Positions 56,995 to 64,000 of a stretch of 64,000 bases of DNA are shown one piece after another. Both the position numbers and the translations under genes were made by a program. Source of the stretch: Candidatus Treponema merdequi (GTDB lineage Bacteria > Spirochaetota > Spirochaetia > Treponematales > Treponemataceae); the NCBI GenBank assembly GCA_018064525.1, contig JAGHVB010000010.1:40684-104683 (forward strand), given 5' to 3'. Numbering within the stretch: position 1 is the first letter of the stretch; every line of letters begins with the position of its first letter. The notes under the pieces were generated by a model that worked only from the letters and a program-made list of their open reading frames with translations, did no database searches and was not told the DNA's origin.

Positions 56995-58857
56995 CTAATC
57001 GCCTTTTCGAGACAAGAACAAAAAGCTCATAATAATTATCCAGCATGTATAAAAAGCAATTCCAAGATAAAGTGCAAAAGAAGTTCCTGCAATTCCAATA
57101 AAAATAAAGTTCATAAGTTTTAAAAGAAATTCAAAAAATCCAACAACGCCGTACAATATAAAATGGAAAAGCGGAATTACAAAAATCCACACAAACTTAA
57201 AAAGATTTTCTGTCAAAAGACGATAATTCCATCCGATCGAAGCACAGAATAAAAGTATGATAAAAATCATAAACGGATAAAACACGCTTGTAAGAACAGT
57301 CTGCAGAATGATTTCTTTTGAAAAACCGTATGTACTTGCATCAATTTTCATCTTTGACATTGTCCAGAAATTCATCGTGTGCTGTCCGTTTGAACACTGA
57401 CTCAGAACATCAAAATCTCCGTAAGGCATCGGTAAAAGAATCTGATTCGGGCCTTCAAAAGGATTTCCATCCTTATCTGCATAGGAAGGGCCCAAATTAT
57501 TACCCTTAACATTGCGGTCTACAGAACAGAGCATTACATAAGGAATTGTGTTCCACTTATCATCAATCGCAGAATCAAGTTTTTTCTGACTGCTTAATGA
57601 CGCAACATCAACGGCAAGCATTTTTGCATAATTAACTGTCATTGATTGTTTAAAGTCACCAAATGAATCAAAAGAAAAAATGCACAGACCTCTGAGATAT
57701 CGTACAAAATGTCCGGTCTCATTTATATCAGTAATTCCCTTGATGTAAAAAATATCATAACTGCCGTCATTATGGCGCAAAGAAAAATAAACATTTTCTG
57801 CACTCTCAAATGCATCTTTATCAGTTGTTTCATCATTAAAGAAGTAATCGTCAGTTAATTGTTCCCGCGAAAGATTGAGATAACGCTTTACATCAGGATC
57901 TCTTTCATAAGCAAGTTTTTCATTTGCGAGTGTCTGGAAAATATAATAAGCGCTGAGGTAATCTCCAGCATTAAGCTTTTTATAACCATCAATTTTCGTT
58001 CTGAAAAACATATTTTCTTCTGTAAGTTTTTCTTCCTGCGCTTCTGAAATTATATTCCATGCCCTGTTTGCATATTCCTTTGCTTTTACGAGATTAACAT
58101 CATTTTCGCCGGCAAACTTAACCGCCATCTGTGCGTAATAATGTGAACCAAGATAATCTTCTTCTTTAAAAAGTCTTTCAGATTCTGTAATCAGCTCTAG
58201 AGTTGTAGATCCTTTTATTTTATGAATTTCAACTGTATCAATCTGATCTGTTACAGGTCCTGCTGCATTTTTATTTGAAGAAGGAACTTTCTTAACATCT
58301 TTCTGACTGGTTACTTTTACAGCAGCCGCAAGTTCTGCACGTTTTAAAAGTTCTTTTGCCTTTTCATTTGAAGGATCAAGTTCTATTACTTTTTTGGAAT
58401 AATAAACTGCAAGAGCCGCATACTCCTGTTTTTCAAGAACCTTCATCTGATATTGCTGAGCAAGAGTCATATAATGCGAAATCAAAACAGGCTTTTCTTC
58501 GAGTGCCTTTTTTTTCTGATTCAATGCAGGTGTCAGAACATCATGCGAAAGTGAAAGACAGAAAGTTACGGCAATACATAAAATGATAATCGGTTTAAAA
58601 TTTGAAATAAGCATTCCTGAAAATCTTGAATGCGGAATTTCAAGAGTTCCAAAGTAAACGGAACATCCGATTATAAATCCCGTAATAACTGCTGATGGAA
58701 GAATTTCAAGAACCCAGAGCAAACCGTTAGTTGCCCTGTACGCCATAACATCATTTGCATTCACTGCAGGAATTTGAAATGCAAACATTCCGATTAAAAA
58801 GCAGATGAGACCAGAAATGAAAGTATAAATTAAAATATTTACTGCAATTTTTTTCAT
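56995..58857 (-). CDS. Membrane protein, LptF/LptG-like topology with TPR-like periplasmic insert
   Basis: 3 N-terminal TM, 'DVLTPALNQ', large soluble region, 3 C-terminal TM starting 'VFYPFMIFIILLFCASIGWNYR'. Confidence 0.5.
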   Translation of the reverse strand: MKKIAVNILIYTFISGLICFLIGMFAFQIPAVNANDVMAYRATNGLLWVLEILPSAVITGFIIGCSVYFGTLEIPHSRFSGMLISNFKPIIILCIAVTFCLSLSHDVLTPALNQKKKALEEKPVLISHYMTLAQQYQMKVLEKQEYAALAVYYSKKVIELDPSNEKAKELLKRAELAAAVKVTSQKDVKKVPSSNKNAAGPVTDQIDTVEIHKIKGSTTLELITESERLFKEEDYLGSHYYAQMAVKFAGENDVNLVKAKEYANRAWNIISEAQEEKLTEENMFFRTKIDGYKKLNAGDYLSAYYIFQTLANEKLAYERDPDVKRYLNLSREQLTDDYFFNDETTDKDAFESAENVYFSLRHNDGSYDIFYIKGITDINETGHFVRYLRGLCIFSFDSFGDFKQSMTVNYAKMLAVDVASLSSQKKLDSAIDDKWNTIPYVMLCSVDRNVKGNNLGPSYADKDGNPFEGPNQILLPMPYGDFDVLSQCSNGQHTMNFWTMSKMKIDASTYGFSKEIILQTVLTSVFYPFMIFIILLFCASIGWNYRLLTENLFKFVWIFVIPLFHFILYGVVGFFEFLLKLMNFIFIGIAGTSFALYLGIAFYTCWIIIMSFLFLSRKGD

Positions 58858-59834
58858 TCATCGTCCTCTTTCTTTTTAGAACGGTTTGTAAACAATCCTG
58901 TAATTCCAAAAATGACAAATATCAGAATTAAAATAATATTTACAAAAACACAAAGCGGCGACTGCATTCCACCTGCAAAACCGAATACACTTTTTAATTT
59001 CAAATCAAGCGGAGAGAGAAAGCCTAAATAATTTTTGTAAAAAGAAATTCCATAACAAATACAGTTCAACTTAATGACTGCGGTCGTTGCAAGCAAAACG
59101 AAAAATGCATTTATCAGTCTCCATTCACTTACATTTGAAACTGCAAAAACAAAAATCAAAGCAAGCGCCATTGAGCAGAAATACAGCCAGCTTAAATTCG
59201 ATTCAGAAAAGGCACTCACAGCAGCAGTACTCAAATTATATAAATCCAAAATAAAATTTTTCAAAAGAGGCGGCATTTCTACAACACGCTTAACAAGAAT
59301 ATCAGAAAAATTTTCAGATTCCGGAATCGTAATTTTCTGATTGTCGATAACAGAAAAGTTTTTATCAGCATGAATTGAATTTTCATTAATCGAAATTCCA
59401 TCTGTATTGTTTTCTAAATCAACATTTGTAAAATAATAAAGTGTATTTTCTGAAAGCCTGAAATATCCTGAAGAAAGTCTCTGAGGCTGTAAAATTGAAC
59501 TGTCCGCTTTACCTGATTCATATTTTAAAAAAGCAGGAACTCCAAAAATCCATGTTGCTGCAAAAAGAACAGAAACAGTTATGATTCCGGTAATCCGTTT
59601 CTTTCTTGAATGACGAACAAATGACAGAATAAGAAACATCGGAATAAAAATAACAACAAGCGGAAAAGATATATCAAAGCCAAGTCTGAATGCTTCAAAT
59701 GAAACAAGAGAAAGAGGCTGGCCTACAACATAATTCATGCATCCAAAATACACCATCAGGAGGGCAGAAAGCAAAGCAGCACCAAAAATGCAGAACAGTA
59801 TATATGAAATCAAAACGGAGAAAACAGTCTTCAT
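58854..59834 (-). CDS. Membrane protein, LptF/LptG-like topology
   Basis: 3 TM + beta-rich soluble domain + 3 TM; 4-bp overlap with the downstream gene. Confidence 0.5.
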   Translation of the reverse strand: MKTVFSVLISYILFCIFGAALLSALLMVYFGCMNYVVGQPLSLVSFEAFRLGFDISFPLVVIFIPMFLILSFVRHSRKKRITGIITVSVLFAATWIFGVPAFLKYESGKADSSILQPQRLSSGYFRLSENTLYYFTNVDLENNTDGISINENSIHADKNFSVIDNQKITIPESENFSDILVKRVVEMPPLLKNFILDLYNLSTAAVSAFSESNLSWLYFCSMALALIFVFAVSNVSEWRLINAFFVLLATTAVIKLNCICYGISFYKNYLGFLSPLDLKLKSVFGFAGGMQSPLCVFVNIILILIFVIFGITGLFTNRSKKKEDDE

Positions 59835-59959
59835 TATCCTTATAGAATAGCACGGAAACAGGTAATAGTCAAAATGCAGATTCAGCTGAGGGAATAAAAT
59901 ATATTTTCAGAATTTCTTCAAATAAACCGTCCAGTAAACTCATTTAAGGGTATCTGGAG

Positions 59960-60204
59960 TTATCCACAGGTTTTCAACACTTTGACTTACATTAATATCA
60001 CTATACAAGAATATTTCTATGTATTATAACAATTTATCAAACAGAGTGCCCCGAATTGCTAAATCCTTATAATATAAAGATTTAGAAGTAAAACTTTACA
60101 AATACTTAATTTTAAGGGGAAATTTTTATATTTTGGAGAATTTTTTTTGAAGTTTTCCACAGAATTATAACAGTTTTTCACATTTAACACACAAGTTATC
60201 CACA
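59960..60204 (+). promoter_or_regulatory. DnaA-box cluster
   Basis: TTWTNCACA matches at 59960, 60153, 60174, 60196; one-mismatch boxes at 59971, 60183; AT-rich interval. Confidence 0.75.
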
Positions 60205-60257
60205 GGTTTCCGAATTTATAGCAGTTTTATAACTTGTTGCAGTAAGGTAAAATTCAC

Positions 60258-60294
60258 AAAAAAAAAGCCCTTTCAGATAAACTGAAAAGGCTTT
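60258..60294 (-). terminator. Intrinsic terminator after STAS gene
   Basis: AAAGCCTTTTCAG..CTGAAAGGGCTTT plus T-run on minus strand. Confidence 0.75.
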
Positions 60295-60313
60295 CTCATA
60301 ATCCGTCTCAAAA

Positions 60314-60865
60314 TCAGCCGAGGAATACCTGGCCCTGAGCGTCAATTGCAAGAATTGATTTACATTCTGAACAGCGGAAACGTCCTGCTCTCGATGCCTT
60401 GAGGCGTTTTGAACATACAGGACATGCAAAAATCTTTGGGAATACACTGCTTACAGCAGGTGCTCCACTCTTAAGATATGTAACAGCTTCTTCTGTTGAG
60501 TTTTTAATATTAAAAAACTGAGAAAATCCTAAAAGCTGGAATACTTCATATACTTTCGGCTGAATTTCCAGGAGAACGATATCTCCGCCTTTTGGTTTTA
60601 CCATTTTTAAAAATGCTGTAAATGAACCAATACCTGTTGAAGACACGTAATTTAATGCTGCACAATTGAATACGAGATTAACATATCCGGCTTCTACAAC
60701 CTTTGCAATTCTTTTCTGAAAAAAGCTTGAGTTGTATGTATCTACGTAGCCATTTAAAACGATGCTAAGACAGTTAGGTACATCTTCTATTTTATCAAGA
60801 GTAATCTTAAGACTGTCATCTTTTTCGTCATTAAAGCCTGGAACGAGATTATTATTATTAGTCAT
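60314..60865 (-). CDS. STAS anti-sigma-factor antagonist with C-terminal zinc ribbon
   Basis: LNGYVDTYNS, LNYVSSTGIG, KVYEVFQLLGF; CPVC..CSEC. Confidence 0.9.
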   Translation of the reverse strand: MTNNNNLVPGFNDEKDDSLKITLDKIEDVPNCLSIVLNGYVDTYNSSFFQKRIAKVVEAGYVNLVFNCAALNYVSSTGIGSFTAFLKMVKPKGGDIVLLEIQPKVYEVFQLLGFSQFFNIKNSTEEAVTYLKSGAPAVSSVFPKIFACPVCSKRLKASRAGRFRCSECKSILAIDAQGQVFLG

Positions 60866-61003
60866 ATTTCTCCCTCTAGCAAGGTAAACTTTTACACTTA
60901 TTATTAATGTTACTCGAATATCAATAAATTGTCAAATATTTAAAAGAGAATTTAGAGATTTGATGGAATTCCATAAAACCTTTAAATTCTGTATATTTGA
61001 ATT

Positions 61004-61744
61004 ATGAATCTTGATAACATTTACATTATTTTAGCCCGCCCGGAAGAAAGCCGCAATGTCGGAGCAGTCTGCCGTGCGATGGCAAATAATTCAATCTCTC
61101 ACCTGAGGATTATCGGCAAAAAAGAAGATTTTGATGATGAAAGAGTCAGAATTCTTGCGATTCATGCTGTAAATTTATGGGATTCGTGCGAGTTTTTTGA
61201 CAGTATTACAGAAGCTGTAAAAGACTGCGCAATTTCCTTTGGAACTACAAGAAGAAAAGGGAAAAAACGACGGGACAAATATTACTTTCCGGAAGAAGCT
61301 GCGTTAAAAGCAGACACAATCTCTTCTGACGGGGCTAAAATAGCAATTGTTTTTGGAAATGAAAGAACAGGCTTAACTGACGAAGAATTAAACGAATGTA
61401 CAAGCGCAGTAACAATTCCTTCAAGCGAAACATTCGCTTCACTTAATCTCTCTCACGCAGTTCAGATTCTCTGCTATCACTTTTTCAGGCAGAATGAAAA
61501 AACACTCAAAGGCCATGACGGTTCAGGATTTACACCTGTAAATCTTGAACGGCTCGAAAAAACAGTTGCTTCAATAACAGACAACCTTCAGAAAATAGGA
61601 TTTTTCAAAATCACAGGACGCGAAGACCAGGAACGATTCTGGAAAGACATTCTTTCACGCGCCGCTCTTTCCGAAGGAGAAGCTCAGTATCTTGAAAAAA
61701 TCTTTTCCAAAATGAGCGGTTTAAAAAATAATGTTGCCAGGTAA
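61004..61744 (+). CDS. SpoU/TrmJ-LasT family RNA methyltransferase
   Basis: PEESRNVGAVCRAMAN, VFGNERTGLTDEEL, SLNLSHAVQI. Confidence 0.9.
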   Translation: MNLDNIYIILARPEESRNVGAVCRAMANNSISHLRIIGKKEDFDDERVRILAIHAVNLWDSCEFFDSITEAVKDCAISFGTTRRKGKKRRDKYYFPEEAALKADTISSDGAKIAIVFGNERTGLTDEELNECTSAVTIPSSETFASLNLSHAVQILCYHFFRQNEKTLKGHDGSGFTPVNLERLEKTVASITDNLQKIGFFKITGREDQERFWKDILSRAALSEGEAQYLEKIFSKMSGLKNNVAR

Positions 61745-62674
61745 TATTTTTTCACTCTGAGAATAAATTGTCGAAACATTTACAACTGTACGGAGTTCGC
61801 GGATATTTCCAGGCCAGTCGTATGAGAGAAGTTTCTGTTTTGCTTCTTCCGTAAAATATTTTTTTTCAATATTGGATTTGGAATTTGACTCCTGCAAAAA
61901 ATATTCTGCAAGCAGAAGAATATCTTCTTTTCGTTCCCGCAGTGATGGAACTTCTATGCGGAATTCTGCAATACGATAATACAAGTCTTCACGAAAACGT
62001 TTTTTGCGGACAAGATCTTTTAAATTCTGATTGGTCGCAAAAATAAAATTACAGTCAATTTTTTCTTCTCTGTCGCTTCCGACTCTCCTGTAAACACCTT
62101 CTTCAATTACGCGTAAAAGTTTTGGCTGGCATGACAATGGAAGTTCTGCAATTTCGTCAAGAAAAAGAACTCCGCCGTCAGCAAGAGTCATAAGTCCTTT
62201 TCTGTCTACTGCATCTGTAAACGCACCTCTTACAGAACCAAATAAAGTTGATTCAATGAGATCTTTTTGAATCGCTCCGACATTTACACTTATCAGCTGT
62301 TTATCTTTTAGCAATCCGGAATCATGCAGAATATGTGCAGCAAGAGATTTTCCAGTTCCGCTTTCACCGGTAATTAGAATTTTACAGTTTTTGTCTTTTA
62401 CACAGAAAATTGAACGGCGAAGCTTTTTTATTCTTTCACTCCGCCCGATGATTCTTGATATTACAGGATTTTTTTCTATTTCTTTATCAATCAGTTCATC
62501 GTTTGCAAAAATATTACAGGCGTTATCTGAATCAGATTTATCAGAAAAATCTGATTCTTCATAAACCTGATCCCTCAGAATACTTTCCTTAAATAAAGTA
62601 TCATCCGAAGAATTTATTCCGGAATACTTAAAGAAAGCTTCAAGTTCCGGATTTAACTGTTTTTTTAAAAACAT
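61721..62674 (-). CDS. Sigma54-activator-type AAA+ protein without REC or HTH domain
   Basis: ITGESGTGKS, ESTLFG..GAFTDA, FLDEI, FREDLYYRI, WPGNIRELR; ends shortly after. Confidence 0.85.
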   Translation of the reverse strand: MFLKKQLNPELEAFFKYSGINSSDDTLFKESILRDQVYEESDFSDKSDSDNACNIFANDELIDKEIEKNPVISRIIGRSERIKKLRRSIFCVKDKNCKILITGESGTGKSLAAHILHDSGLLKDKQLISVNVGAIQKDLIESTLFGSVRGAFTDAVDRKGLMTLADGGVLFLDEIAELPLSCQPKLLRVIEEGVYRRVGSDREEKIDCNFIFATNQNLKDLVRKKRFREDLYYRIAEFRIEVPSLRERKEDILLLAEYFLQESNSKSNIEKKYFTEEAKQKLLSYDWPGNIRELRTVVNVSTIYSQSEKILPGNIIF

Positions 62675-62684
62675 TATTCAGTTT

Positions 62685-63422
62685 TTACCTTTTTGAAATA
62701 CGATTCCAGACAAGTAAAATTTTATAATACATAAAAGGAAAAATCAAGAAAACTTTAAATGGATTTCTGAAAATTTCACTCCAGATTTCGTGACCTTTGT
62801 CAAATGATTTTTCACTTACGCGTTTAATATGTTCCGAGAAAATTCCAAATGCATCTTTATAATATAAAAAGATGCTGTTTGAAAATCTGTTTCTGCGGTT
62901 ATAAGACCAGGAATCTTTTTCTTTTATTCCATCAGAAATCAAAACTAAAGAAGGAGATGCTTTGTAAATTGCCTGAATAATATCATCTTCTGTAGAACGA
63001 GGATAATATCCTACATATCTTCCGACAAGGCTGAGATTTGGAAAAGTTCTTCTTACATTTCCCTGAGCTTTCTGTAAAATCTTTTTTCTTGAACCAAGCA
63101 TATAAAGACTTTTATAATGATTGTCCAGTACAGACAAAAGTTTTATTACAGTTGTAAAAGGATTATATCTTTCAGGAACTTTTTTATGCAGGAACAAAGC
63201 TCCTCTTATTATGCTTTTAGAAACAGGCAGAACTAAATCTGCATTCTGAACACATTCTGCAAAATTATTTTTACCGCGCGCTTTTAAAAGTCCCCAGACA
63301 GAAAGAAAAACAATCTGTTTTGCTCCGGGACGTGCAAGAAGTTCAAGAATCTGATTCTCAAAATCTTCCGGATTACAAATATCAACTGGTACACCAAGTA
63401 CATCTATTCTTTCGACAGCCAT
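62685..63422 (-). CDS. WecB/TagA/CpsF family glycosyltransferase
   Basis: RIDVLGVPVD, ADLVLP, YMLGS, FPNLSLVGRYVGY. Confidence 0.8.
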   Translation of the reverse strand: MAVERIDVLGVPVDICNPEDFENQILELLARPGAKQIVFLSVWGLLKARGKNNFAECVQNADLVLPVSKSIIRGALFLHKKVPERYNPFTTVIKLLSVLDNHYKSLYMLGSRKKILQKAQGNVRRTFPNLSLVGRYVGYYPRSTEDDIIQAIYKASPSLVLISDGIKEKDSWSYNRRNRFSNSIFLYYKDAFGIFSEHIKRVSEKSFDKGHEIWSEIFRNPFKVFLIFPFMYYKILLVWNRISKR

Positions 63423-64000
63423 TTATTACCCTCCATAACAGTTGTCTGTAAACTTGCCATTCCATAAAGGCTTGCAGTTTCACACCGCAGAATATTCGCA
63501 TCAAAATGAACTGTTTTAAATCCAGCCTCTTTTAATGTCTTAATCTCATCAGGACTGATTCCGCCTTCGCATCCGACTGCGATTACGGCAAAACCTGTTT
63601 TTCTGTTTTTGTCAGCACTCACTGCTTCATGCATTGTAACAGATTCTTCATTTCTTTCATACAGCGAAACACATACTGACGATTTATTCTGTGCTTTAAC
63701 TTCTTCACTTTTTTCAGAAATAATTTTCAGAGCTTCTCTTATTGTCAAAGGTTCAAAAACTTTTGTATCAACCGGAGACCCGCTCTGCTGCCGTGCCTCA
63801 CGAATGATACGGGAGATCCGTTCATTTGCACCGGATTTCTGCATTAAACTTTTTTCAGTTCCTTTCTGGGTATATTCACCGATTACTGGAAGAACTGCAG
63901 TAACTCCGCATTCAACAGCCTGACGGATTATCAGTTCCATTTTCTGCGGTTTTGCAATAATCTGCAGAAGATAAAATTCCGGCCGGTCAGGATTTAATTT
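63404..64000 (-). CDS. rsmE: 16S rRNA m3U1498 methyltransferase, 5' part outside the window
   Basis: KPQKMELIIRQAVECGV, IREARQQSG, AVGCEGGISPDE, NILRCETA; frame open to the window edge. Confidence 0.92.
   Translation of the reverse strand, partial: KLNPDRPEFYLLQIIAKPQKMELIIRQAVECGVTAVLPVIGEYTQKGTEKSLMQKSGANERISRIIREARQQSGSPVDTKVFEPLTIREALKIISEKSEEVKAQNKSSVCVSLYERNEESVTMHEAVSADKNRKTGFAVIAVGCEGGISPDEIKTLKEAGFKTVHFDANILRCETASLYGMASLQTTVMEGNKWLSKE

Noticed and set aside
1-64000. Numerous 60-170 aa ORFs antisense to or nested within conserved genes (e.g. 33408-34076, 44559-45188, 38683-39054)
   Set aside because: Shadow ORFs: no SD or recognisable motifs, and explained by codon bias on the opposite strand
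1-64000. Complete DGR, prophage, IS element or defence system
   Set aside because: No reverse transcriptase, integrase, transposase, phage structural or recognisable defence genes; no AAC-rich template region found

Overview
64 kb of AT-rich chromosome from a Treponema-like spirochete, inferred from gene content (FliL, CheB/CheR, SpoVG, long-form GlyA, short ParC, FGE-fold lipoproteins). Most genes are housekeeping and on the minus strand: cheB/cheR, lepA, tilS, rplY, tRNA-Gln, spoVG, ispE, the rsfS-LCP-yqeK-nadD-obgE-rpmA-prp-rplU cluster, tRNA-Asn, corA, glyA, parC/parE, rsgA, a TPP-riboswitch-controlled cytX, rex-serC-serA, surface lipoproteins and a partial rsmE. I found no transposase, integrase, reverse transcriptase or CRISPR array. 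The unexplained signals are mostly non-coding: (1) two long hairpins between serC and serA with an identical core but different, self-complementary outer stems, interleaved with a second repeated hairpin; (2) an orphan cluster of DnaA boxes at ~60 kb with no dnaA/dnaN in the window; (3) about 11 genes whose ATG lies 6-7 nt after a -10 box with little or no Shine-Dalgarno (SD), suggesting widespread leaderless mRNAs; (4) a phased AAATTCCAC promoter-upstream motif; (5) Rex-like operators ahead of rex-serC-serA; (6) a 150-bp palindromic element. Protein oddities include a histone-H1-like tail on ParE and an intact-looking Prp protease beside an L27 that lacks the cleavable extension. All calls are by eye; no database searches were run.
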